DNA of 64,000 bases. Source: Acidobacteriota bacterium. Its GTDB lineage: Bacteria > Acidobacteriota > UBA890 > WLXD01. Below the pieces are notes generated by a model that made no database searches, was not told where the DNA came from, and was given only the letters and a program-made list of their open reading frames with translations. Of this stretch, positions 29,243-38,387 are shown piece by piece. Each line of letters starts with the position of its first letter. Within the stretch, counting starts at the first letter, position 1. Where the stretch lies: NCBI GenBank assembly GCA_963666055.2, contig CAXWPH010000015.1:448001-512000 (forward strand), read 5' to 3'. Position numbers and translations under genes: made by a program.

Positions 29243-30591
29243 GTGTAGGTTCTCCAGACGCGGCGAGTCTTTCCTTCGGTGCGCGGCAGGCTGAGCGGTG
29301 GCAGCACCGTCACCCGCGCCGTGGCACCAAGCTCCCGCTTGATTGCCGCCTCGATGCTGGCCGCCAGATCAGCGCCGTCCTGCCCTTCGGCTAGCTCGAC
29401 CTCGACCGGCAGCACATCCTAGGGCGGCGGCCGGTCGAGCACGATGCGGTACTCGCCGCTCGCCGCGTCGAAGCGGTTGAGCACGGACGCCACCATGGTC
29501 GGGTATGTATTGAGACCGCGCACCACCACCATGTCGTCGCTGCGGCCGACGACGCGGAACCGCGGTACCGTGCGGCCGCAGTCAGCCCGGCCGGTGCCGG
29601 TCAACGTGACGATGTCGCCGGTGCGGAAGCGCACCAGCGGCTGGCAATCCTTAGCGAGGTGGGTCAGCACCAGCTCGCCGGACTCGCCCTCGCGCCACGG
29701 CAGCCGGGTGCCGGCGTCGGGGTCGATCAGCTCCGCCTCCAGCACGTCGGTCGCCATGAGGTGCAGGTCGTTGCAGAGTTCCGTCTGGCCGGCGAAGTTG
29801 CACAGCACGTCGGAGACGCCGTAGTTCGCGTTGCGGGCGCGGAAGCCCCAGGTCTCCTCCAGCCGGGCACGGAACGCCGGGTCGTCGAGGCCGGGCTCTC
29901 CGCCGAACAGGCCGAGCTGCAGGCCGAGGTCACGCGGCGCCAGGCCGGGATAGTGCTCCGCCAGCACCTGCCCCATCACCGCCGGATAGGAGGGCGTGCA
30001 GGAGATCGCGGTGACGCCGAGCTCGCGGATCACCCGGATCAGGCCCGTACTGCCGCCGACCCCGTAGGGGATCACCGTGGCGCCGGTGGCCTCCAGCGTC
30101 GTGTGGTCGGTGAACCCGCCCATCCAGAGCTGATAGTTGAGACAGTGCACCACCCGGTGGCCCGGTCCGAGTCCGGCAGCGGACTGGGCGCGCGCGCCGA
30201 CCGCAGCGGTCATCCTCGCGTCCGCGGCCGACAGCGCCAAGTTCATGGCGTCGCCGGTGGTCGCCGAGGTGCGGTGGACGCGGCAAATTTCCTGCGGCGG
30301 CGCGGCGAGGTAGCTGCCGAACGGCGGCTGGGCGCGCTGGTCGGCGCGCAGCATCTCCTTGTCAGTGAACGGCAGGTCCGCCAGCTCCGCGAGGTCGCCG
30401 GTCAGTTTCAACCCGGCGAAGTGCCTTGCGTAGAACACGGACGCGCGCGCTACATAGGCGCTCTGCGCGCGCCAACGGTCTGTGCGGATCGCTGCGAGCT
30501 CGCCTTCGTCGAGGAACTCTGCCCCATCGATCGCGTGCTGTGTCCGCACCGTCATCTGCCGTACAAATAGCCAGGATTGAATTTGCTGCAA
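29239..30591 (-). pseudogene. Phenylacetate-CoA ligase family gene with in-frame TAG at 29419-29421
   Basis: HRTSATTG, GGEPG, NYGVSD, RFRTGD, GRSDDM; frame continues 59 codons past TAG (LPRTEGKTRRV) to a TGA overlapping the next ATG. Confidence 0.82.
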
Positions 30592-30784
30592 CCCAGACTG
30601 TCTACCACTCGACAGTCTCCCTGTCTCGGCTCCTGTTGCCGGTTGTGCTCCCGTGCGGCAAGCGCTCAGGTGGGGGTCGCCAGCAAAGCAGCAGCAACTA
30701 GCCGCGGGGGCTGCAGCGCTGCGGCTTCACCGCGATTGGTTGAGCGAACGACCCACTGACCCACCACCTGCCTGTTCCCGTCGC

Positions 30785-32755
30785 CTAGGGGAGCGCCACC
30801 GCGACGTACTCCGGCGGGTGGTTCTGGTCGCCGACCGACACGACGATGTACTGCCTACCGTCTAGCATGTAGGTCATAGGGCCGGCTGTGGTTCCGGATG
30901 GCAACTCCATGGCCCACACCACGTCGCCGGTAGCCTTGTCATAGGCGCGAAAGACCCTGCCCCAGGCCCACTCCTCGTCGAGGGTACCCATGACGGCGTT
31001 GCTGCCCTCTCCGAGGAAGAGCAGGGTCTTGGTCAGCAGCGGCGCCGGACGGTTCGGAACGCCGAGCGGCGGCAGGTTCAGGTGCCGCAGCAACGGGTGC
31101 TTTCGCTGCCCGTCGCCGTTGGCCGCCATCCACAGCTGCTCGCCGCGGTTCAGGTCCAGGGCCGTGATGCGGCCGTGGGGGGGCTTCATGATGAACAGTC
31201 CGTCGATCGTGGGCGCGGCGGCCGGCTCGTAGGCGTACTCCATGGTCGCCGCCGGGTCGGTCTGCTTGACTGCGTTGCGGTTCGTCGGGCCGTAGGAGCT
31301 GTTGGAGACCGCGTAGTAGACGCCGGTCTCCGGGTCGAACGCGCCAGTGTTCCAGTTGCCCGCCCCCCAGGAGCCGGGGTACAGCAGCGAGCCCTTCGTG
31401 CCTCCGGGCTCGTCGCTGGGGACGGAGGGCGGCGTGAACAGGGGCCCGGTGACGTACTGGCTGGCGAGCTCGCGCGCCTGGCGGTTGAGCGCCGGCGTGT
31501 AGTCGATCAGGTCGGCTTCGGTGATGCCCTGCCAGTCGAACGGCGGCGGCTTGGTGGGGAACGGCTGTGTCGGCGAGGCTGCCTCCCCGGGCACCGTCGA
31601 CGCCGGCACCGGGCGCTCCTCGATGGGCCACAAGGGCTCGCCGTTCCGGCGGTCGAACACGAACAGGAACGCGTGCTTGGTGGGCTGCATCACCACCGGG
31701 ATCCGGCGCCCGTCGACCGTGATCTCGCCCAGCGTCGCCGGGCCGATGGGCTCGTAGTCCCACAGGCCATGGTGGATCATCTGGAAGTGCCAGACGCGCT
31801 CACCGGTCTGCGCGTCGAGCGCCACGAGGCTGTTGGAAAAGAGGTTGTCGCCCGGCCTCCAGCCCCCGTACCAGGCGGTCGTCGGAGCCGAGAACGCCAC
31901 ATACACGTGGCCGAGCTCCTCGTCGGCGCTCATCAGCGACCAGGCACCCATGTCGCCGGCGACCTTCCACGAGTCGTTGCCCCAGGTCTCGACGCCGAAC
32001 TCGCCTTCTTGTGGCACCACGTGGAACGTCCACAGCAACTCGCCCGTGCGCACGTCATAGCCACGGGCATCCTCGGGAACCGCTTCCCTCTTGTTGCCCC
32101 TGTCCCCGGCGCCGGCGGTTAAGCCGCTGACCACAACGACATCACCGACGATGATCGGGCCGCTGCTATCGCTGAACCTGCCGGCGAGCGGCTGGCGATC
32201 CTCGAACCGCAGGCTGACCCTGCCGTCGTCGCCGAAATCACCGTACGGCTCGCCGGTGCCGGTGTTGAGTGCGTACAGATACTCGCCGCGAACCGCGAGG
32301 ATCCGGTCGTCTCCAGAGCCACTGCTCCAGTAGTCGACGCCACGAGTGGACTCGCCCTCGGCCTCCTCCTGGGTGAACTCGACGAGCTCCTGTTCCCAGA
32401 CGATCTCGCCGGTGGCTGCGTCGAGGGCGATCACCAGGCCGTGGGCGTCCTGCGTGTAGAGCACACCGTCGACGAAGATCGGCGTGGAGCGCAGGTAGGC
32501 GCTGGGGAACAGGTCGGGAAACGCCTCGGTGAGCTCGCTGCGCACTGCCGGGCGCCGCCAGACGATACGCAGGTCGGCGACGTTGTCGCGGTGAATCTGA
32601 TCGAGGGGGGAGTAGCGGGTGAACGCTTTGCTGCCACCGAAGTAGCTCCACTCCGACTGCTGTGGTTGTGCAGGCGGTGTTGTTGCGGCCGGTAGCGCCC
32701 CCGCACCGAGGCTGGCCATGAGGCAGATGATGACGGAACGGCGGAAACGAGCCAT
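30785..32755 (-). CDS. PQQ-dependent dehydrogenase (glucose/quinate family)
   Basis: RYSPLDQI, RGYDVRTG, WHFQMIHHGLWDY, QPFPTKP, PMTYMLDGRQYIVV; signal peptide. Confidence 0.9.
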   Translation of the reverse strand: MARFRRSVIICLMASLGAGALPAATTPPAQPQQSEWSYFGGSKAFTRYSPLDQIHRDNVADLRIVWRRPAVRSELTEAFPDLFPSAYLRSTPIFVDGVLYTQDAHGLVIALDAATGEIVWEQELVEFTQEEAEGESTRGVDYWSSGSGDDRILAVRGEYLYALNTGTGEPYGDFGDDGRVSLRFEDRQPLAGRFSDSSGPIIVGDVVVVSGLTAGAGDRGNKREAVPEDARGYDVRTGELLWTFHVVPQEGEFGVETWGNDSWKVAGDMGAWSLMSADEELGHVYVAFSAPTTAWYGGWRPGDNLFSNSLVALDAQTGERVWHFQMIHHGLWDYEPIGPATLGEITVDGRRIPVVMQPTKHAFLFVFDRRNGEPLWPIEERPVPASTVPGEAASPTQPFPTKPPPFDWQGITEADLIDYTPALNRQARELASQYVTGPLFTPPSVPSDEPGGTKGSLLYPGSWGAGNWNTGAFDPETGVYYAVSNSSYGPTNRNAVKQTDPAATMEYAYEPAAAPTIDGLFIMKPPHGRITALDLNRGEQLWMAANGDGQRKHPLLRHLNLPPLGVPNRPAPLLTKTLLFLGEGSNAVMGTLDEEWAWGRVFRAYDKATGDVVWAMELPSGTTAGPMTYMLDGRQYIVVSVGDQNHPPEYVAVALP

Positions 32756-33221
32756 TGCTGGTCCTCCTGAACTGGTCTCCAGTCCCTGCGAACGAGTAGC
32801 TCGCAGGGCAGACGTACGCTTTAGTCGTGACAGAGTAACGGCATCGCCGTGGCTCTTCACCGGGACGCAACGTCGCCGGTCCATTGGCCACCCTCGCAGC
32901 CTTGCGACCCCGCGCCTGGGGCCGGGAGAGTCTAGCCTCGGCCACGACTATGCCTCAACCGGGCGAACGCCCGATCTCGTGGACATCCGTGGGTAAGTGG
33001 CCACGAAAAGAGCCTCTTCGAGGCAACTGGGTCAACGAGCTGCAGCGACTCGTGCCGACGGAGCCGTAGCGGGCTCAGCGGAGTCTTGTGAGCCGGGCTT
33101 CGAGCGCGTCTTTGGCCGGGTGCCACCCTGGGTGCCACTCTGTGCAACTCGTGGCACCTGCACAGAGTTGCATGACCCGTAAACGTTGGGGTTATTGGGG
33201 TTACGAGAGGCCCCAATAAAA

Positions 33222-33263
33222 CTCATAACCCGAAGGTCGTAGGTTCGAATCCTACCCCCGCTA
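33222..33263 (+). pseudogene. 3' half of initiator tRNA-fMet
   Basis: CTCATAACCCGAAGGTCGTAGGTTCGAATCCTACCCCCGCTA. Confidence 0.85.
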
Positions 33264-33267
33264 CTTC

Positions 33268-33322
33268 AGAAAAGCCCTGGTGGCAAAGGGATATTCGCCC
33301 TTTCGTGCCACCGGGGCTTTCT
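33268..33322. terminator. Terminator-like hairpin after the fMet fragment
   Basis: AGAAAAGCCCTGGTGGCA / TGCCACCGGGGCTTTCT stem. Confidence 0.6.
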
Positions 33323-33423
33323 GCGTCTGAGCCCGGCATCTAACAGGGATCTAACGATTGATTGTGATTGACCGTCCGTACATCCAGATCGGTCGGAAGA
33401 AGTCGGGCCTACGGTGCCGATCG

Positions 33424-33474
33424 GAGCAGCTGACGTAATCAGCAGGTCCGCGGTTCAAATCCGCGCGCCGGCTC
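33424..33474 (+). pseudogene. tRNA-Thr fragment with 2-nt-short anticodon loop
   Basis: GAGCA-GCTGA-CGTAA-TCAGC-AGGTC-CGCGG-TTCAAAT-CCGCG-CGCCGGC-TC. Confidence 0.75.
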
Positions 33475-33732
33475 TTTAGATTCAATAACTTACAGCCAGT
33501 CTCTCTGGAGCCTGCCGTTTTGGGGGTCGGTCTGGGGGTCGGCGAGTGACTTATGGAATCGACGTGTGTGCGTTTCGGGTAAAGCGTCCCCCCTATATAT
33601 AGGACTCTTGCCCTTCTCTAATTGGGGGCCATGCCGGTTGACGCTGGGGAGACCCTTACGGTGACTCCCTTGGACCCTCGACCGCTCCAGCGATAGGCTT
33701 CAGGCGCTCACCCTCCCTGCCTCGGGAGCGCC

Positions 33733-34098
33733 ATGAAACCCGGCACCAAACTAGGCCCCTACGAGATCACCGAGCAGCTCGGTGCTGGCGGCATGGGAGA
33801 GGTGTGGCTCGCCGAGGACTCCCGCCTGGGCCGCAAGGTGGCCATCAAGGTGCTGCCCGCCGAGTTCGCCTCCGACCCGGAGCGCCTCGCCCGCTTCGAG
33901 CAGGAAGCCCGTGCTGCCGCTGCGCTGAACCATCCGCACATCGCAGCCGTCTTCGATGTCGGCACCGAAGACGGCACCCACTTCATAGTGCAGGAGTACC
34001 TGGAGGGAGACACGCTACGGGAGCCGCTACAGAAAGGTGCGCTGCCGCTCAAGAAGGCGCTCGGCCTGACCTGCCCCCCAATAGTCGGGCCAGTTTGA
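33733..34098 (+). pseudogene. Hanks-type Ser/Thr kinase N-lobe, truncated by an IS end
   Basis: [21 protein letters not shown]; similarity stops at about 34066 before HRD/DFG. Confidence 0.88.
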
Positions 34099-34190
34099 GA
34101 GTTAGGATTTGAGGCTCTCAGGATGGCTCGGGAAGGGGGAACAATGGCCCGGAAGCGGTACACGGTAGAGCAGATCATCAGGGGAAGCTT
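34067..34190 (+). mobile_element. IS3-family left end and OrfA start (remnant)
   Basis: TGACCTGCCCCC terminal motif; ATG 34144 gives MARKRYTVEQII, then the frame is lost. Confidence 0.7.
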
Positions 34191-34407
34191 GGACGGTGGC
34201 GCGGAGATGAGACCATAGCGGCTGCTTCGGCTTCGTACGCGACTTCTGCCGGGCAGGGCTTCCGAGGGTGTTGTCAACTTAACCCCTCATCGCTTCTAGT
34301 CACTCTCTACCTGGATAATCGCGCGCGAAAAGGGACCATCTTCCTATTAGCTGGTAGGCGCAACGCGCCTATTCCCGACTCCCTACAGCCGGAGGGATCT
34401 AGATCAG

Positions 34408-36348
34408 ATGCGACAGAGGACCTCGTGGAAGCAGCTGTTGGCAGGTTGGCTCGTTGTCATCGGGGCGTCGAGCGCCGTTTTCGGGTCCGAGCATGCCTAC
34501 TCCCCGCAGCAGACCGAACGTTACGACGATGTGATAGTCGCACTCGATGTCATGGTGCCGATGCGGGACGGCGTCCGACTGGCCACGGACATCTATCGGC
34601 CGGCTCGTGAAGGCAGGGCGGTCGATGGACGGTTCCCGACTTTGCTCTGCCGTACGCCCTACGGGACGTCGTTCCGGAACCCGGACGCAACCGGCTATGG
34701 CTGTTCCGAGGAGCCTGCGCGTTCCATGGCGCGACACGGATATGTGGTGTTGACTCAGGATGTCCGCGGTCGATTCGACTCGGAAGGCGAGTTTTATGCC
34801 TACGTCAACGAAGGGCCCGACGGCTACGAGACCGTGGAATGGGCAGCCGCGCAGCCCTTCTCGAACGGTGACGTCGGCACCTTCGGAGCGTCGTACTACG
34901 CCGCCACGCAGAATGCGCTGGCCGCCGAGCGTCCACCGCACCTCAAAGCGATGTTCCAGCGTGTCGGTAGCTCCCACTACTGGCTAGACGGTGCCGGTAG
35001 TGGTGGCGCCTTCGCGCTCCGGCACAACCTCGCCTATGCACTCTACCTGGCTAGCACCGGCCAGGAAGCCGATCGCCAACCGGCTCTGAAGACGGTCCTG
35101 CAGGCCGCTCTGCAGCGAGACAACCTCGCCGCTTGGCTCTGGGCCTACCCGTACCGGCCGCATGGGTCGCCGCTGGAGCTGGTGCCGAGTTATCAGCGCT
35201 GGTTCCAGGACTGGGTCGATCACTCCGGCTTGGACGACTACTGGACCCAGAACGGCTATGCCTTCGAGCCTTACTACGACAACTACCCGGACATCCCTGT
35301 CTACTTCGTTGGCGGTTGGTACGACATCTTCCTGCGCGGCGCGTTGAATGGCTACTCGATGCTCTCGGCAATTCAATCGAGCGAGAAGCGCCTGCTGGTC
35401 GGTCCATGGACCCACGCAGTCGGGCCGCGAACAAGCGGTGATGTCGACTTCGGAGTCGACGCCGCAATCGATCTGGAGGCGGAGCAGCTGCGCTGGTTCG
35501 ACCACGTGTTGCGTGGCAAGGACACCGGCTTCTCCGACGAACCGCCCGTCCGTGTGTTCGTCATGGGGGGCGGAGATGGCTCTCGTACCACGGAAGGCCG
35601 CCATCGACACGATGGCCGCTGGCGGTCGCTCGGGGGTTGGCCGCCCGCGGCTGCCGAGTCTCGAGCCTACTATCTGCAACCGAACGGCCGGCTCGATCTG
35701 CAAGCGCCGCGTTCCATCGCGGAGCCATCTGTCTTCACCTTCGATCCGACCGATCCGGTGCCGACGATCGGTGGGAAAGTCAGCTCCGGCAACAACATGA
35801 GCCCGGCCGGTCCCTACGACCAGCAGTGCGATACAACGAGGTTCTTCCCCTGCAAGGACAATCTACCGTTGGCAGCGCGCCGCGACGTGCTCGTCTTTCA
35901 GACGGCACCTTTACAGGAGGACGTCGTCGTCATCGGTCCGCTTACGGTGACCCTTTGGATAGCCTCGTCAGCGGTGGATACCGACTTCACCGCCAAGCTT
36001 GTCGATGTGCATCCCCCGGGTCCTCACGCACCCGCCGGCTATTCGATGCTGCTGGCGGATAGCATTGTACGGGCCCGCTACCGAGACAGCTTGGCGACAG
36101 CAAAGCCCCTGGCCCCTGATGAGATCTACGAGATCGAGATCGATCTTCTCGGCACTGCCACCCGGTTCAAGAAGGGGCACCGGATTCGACTCGACGTGTC
36201 GAGCAGCAACTATCCCTTCTTCGATGTCAACCCGAACACCGGCGAGCGCCCCGGTCATCACACGCACATGGCACCGGCGCGCAACAGCGTCTATCACGAT
36301 CGGATGCGACCTTCGAAGCTTCAGATGCTCATCCTGCCAGAGCCGTGA
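34408..36348 (+). CDS. CocE/NonD family hydrolase
   Basis: MRDGVRLATDIYRP, RTPY, QDVRGRFDSEG, GASY, GGWYD, GPWTH, RLDVSSSN. Confidence 0.93.
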   Translation: MRQRTSWKQLLAGWLVVIGASSAVFGSEHAYSPQQTERYDDVIVALDVMVPMRDGVRLATDIYRPAREGRAVDGRFPTLLCRTPYGTSFRNPDATGYGCSEEPARSMARHGYVVLTQDVRGRFDSEGEFYAYVNEGPDGYETVEWAAAQPFSNGDVGTFGASYYAATQNALAAERPPHLKAMFQRVGSSHYWLDGAGSGGAFALRHNLAYALYLASTGQEADRQPALKTVLQAALQRDNLAAWLWAYPYRPHGSPLELVPSYQRWFQDWVDHSGLDDYWTQNGYAFEPYYDNYPDIPVYFVGGWYDIFLRGALNGYSMLSAIQSSEKRLLVGPWTHAVGPRTSGDVDFGVDAAIDLEAEQLRWFDHVLRGKDTGFSDEPPVRVFVMGGGDGSRTTEGRHRHDGRWRSLGGWPPAAAESRAYYLQPNGRLDLQAPRSIAEPSVFTFDPTDPVPTIGGKVSSGNNMSPAGPYDQQCDTTRFFPCKDNLPLAARRDVLVFQTAPLQEDVVVIGPLTVTLWIASSAVDTDFTAKLVDVHPPGPHAPAGYSMLLADSIVRARYRDSLATAKPLAPDEIYEIEIDLLGTATRFKKGHRIRLDVSSSNYPFFDVNPNTGERPGHHTHMAPARNSVYHDRMRPSKLQMLILPEP

Positions 36349-36387
36349 CATTTCCTTTGACATTTCGGGTTCAAACAGCGACAGACA

Positions 36388-36552
36388 GCCTCCCTGAACT
36401 ACCCCAACATCGCCACCATCTTCGGGTTCGAGGAGTCGGGCGGTGTTCGGTTCATCGCCATGGAGCTGGTGGAGGGTCAGAGTCTCGCCGAGCGCATTGA
36501 AGCTACCGGTCGCATCAAAGTAGATGAGGCACTGGAGATCGCCCGCCGGATC
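36388..36552 (+). pseudogene. Internal fragment of a second Ser/Thr kinase
   Basis: ASLNYPNIATIFGFEESGGVRFIAMELVEGQSLAERI..EALEIARRI. Confidence 0.8.
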
Positions 36553-36705
36553 GATGGAGCCCGTTGTCGTCCGTGGTACGCGACGGCTCCCGCCTGGCTC
36601 GCGGAATACCCGTGTACCCCGAGCTCACCGACAAGGAGCTCCTGGCGCTGCGCCACTACATCCGACGACAGGCCGAGACGGTGGAGCGCTGACGCACGCG
36701 AGAGA

Positions 36706-37818
36706 TTATCTCCGCGCTTCTAGCATCTCCTGATACCGGGCCCCGCGCAGCACGTTGGAGAGCGAGTAGTTGGCCTCGTGGCAGGCGTACTCGTACAGCG
36801 GTTGGTCGAACCGCTCGAAAGGAACCTCGCCACCCCAGGCGCTCGTGTACATCGTCGGGTCGTCGATGGTGAACTCGTAGTGAATCGTGTCCTCGTCCAC
36901 CCGGGTGAAGCGCTCGATCACCTTCTGATCGTTCGATGGTGGAACTCCGCGGAACATGTGAACGGGATTGAGGTTGGTGGTCTCGACCACCAGCGTGTTG
37001 CCCTCCCACCGACCCCACGAGTCACCGAACCACGGACGGACGTCCTTCGGCAGCGCCGTCGGCTCGCCGAGCCGAATGATCCGCGCGTCGTGCACCATCT
37101 CTGCCATGATCACCACGTGATCGGCATTTTGTACGATGGTGTAGTTGTTGTTGTACCAGTAGTTGGGCAGCATCGGCGGTCCGGCGCTTGATTGGAACGA
37201 TACAAGGCATCGTTCGCCAGGTGGGCGGAGTTCCGGATGGTCAAACGGACCGAACTGGCTCCTGAGCTCCCGATACTTGTCGACTCGGCGACGCCCCTCG
37301 TGCGTCAGCTCCGGCGCGCGGCCGTCCGGCGGATTTGTGACAAGCGAGCTCCGTGGCTCACCGTTCACGATCGCTACCCGCTCACCGGGCTCTCGGTAGA
37401 CTTCGTTGTAGCAATCTGTCGCCGAATGGATGCACTCTGGAATCGTACCCCCGGCCGGAAGCGGCAGGCGGTTCGGATCGCTCGGAGCGGCGCCTCGGAC
37501 GACCATTTCGACCTGCCTGGCTTCGATCTCGGCGACCTCCTCCCACGTGAGAACAGGTCCCTGGCCTGCGGGGCGCTGGAAGGGGGTCAGCGTCGCATTG
37601 GTCCAGTTCCCTTGGAGGTCCGGATGACCGTGCGACGTTCTGGGCACCTCCCACGGTACAGCCTCGGAGACCTGGCCCTGCTGGACAGAAGGGTAGGATG
37701 ACACCGCCGCAACCGATGCAAGCGCCGCCACGACGATCGGATAGTGCCTTGGAGAGAACGATGCCGAGAGCTTGCCGTTCATCTTTGCCTTCCTTTGCCT
37801 GTGTGCACGTACGATCAT
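36706..37818 (-). CDS. Conserved secreted hypothetical protein
   Basis: PRTSHGHPDLQGNWTN, IVQ..DHV, GDSWGRWEGNTLVVET, EYACHE: family commonly seen near PQQ/heme genes. Confidence 0.8.
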   Translation of the reverse strand: MIVRAHRQRKAKMNGKLSASFSPRHYPIVVAALASVAAVSSYPSVQQGQVSEAVPWEVPRTSHGHPDLQGNWTNATLTPFQRPAGQGPVLTWEEVAEIEARQVEMVVRGAAPSDPNRLPLPAGGTIPECIHSATDCYNEVYREPGERVAIVNGEPRSSLVTNPPDGRAPELTHEGRRRVDKYRELRSQFGPFDHPELRPPGERCLVSFQSSAGPPMLPNYWYNNNYTIVQNADHVVIMAEMVHDARIIRLGEPTALPKDVRPWFGDSWGRWEGNTLVVETTNLNPVHMFRGVPPSNDQKVIERFTRVDEDTIHYEFTIDDPTMYTSAWGGEVPFERFDQPLYEYACHEANYSLSNVLRGARYQEMLEARR

Positions 37819-37837
37819 CGACCCGCAGCAGCCTCCC

Positions 37838-38146
37838 TCAGGCGATCGTCTCCCAGTTCGTCACGAGATGATCGGCGGTTCGCCAGGCGAGCGCCTGCGC
37901 CGTGAGCGTTGGAGAAAACCCCCAACGGTCAACGACGCTAGTATCGGGATTGTCGCCCATACGGGCGCCGCCGTAGGCGTGGGTCGACGTACCCATCGTG
38001 CCGATGTCGTTCTTAACCGTGTCCACCGCGCCGGCCTCCAGACCGATCACCTCGAGGCCGGCTTCAACGAGCGGCAGGACCGCAAAGCCGCCGGCGGCCC
38101 CCAGACCAACCACGACTACGTCCGTCTTCTTCAGCTCAACGGTCAA
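37838..38146 (-). pseudogene. GMC oxidoreductase reduced by internal deletions
   Basis: FAD motif DVVVVGLGAAGG joined to THAYGGARMG and PTLTAQALAWRTA in about 100 aa. Confidence 0.75.
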
Positions 38147-38387
38147 GGCCCATCTCCCGTGTTGAGAACCCGCTGCCAGTGTCCACTCAGCGCCGGCAAA
38201 GCGGATGCCTCTGGTTCCACGCGCGCGCGGCAAAGCCAACGGACCCAGTTTACAGTCACGCCGATTGAATCACTCGTCGCGCCGCCTCTGTTGTTGAGCC
38301 TCGGTTTCGTGGATAGAGTCAGTGCCGACCCCAACTGCCTGACGAGAACTAGCGCGCAGACCACCCCGAAACGGAGATCAGCTACCC

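Noticed and set aside
29419-29421. Pyrrolysine or amber recoding
   Set aside because: No pyl genes in the window and TAG ends many other genes here normally
27944-33474. Functional tRNA genes for fMet, Leu and Thr inside the island
   Set aside because: Each lacks arms or a valid anticodon loop; treated as att-related fragments
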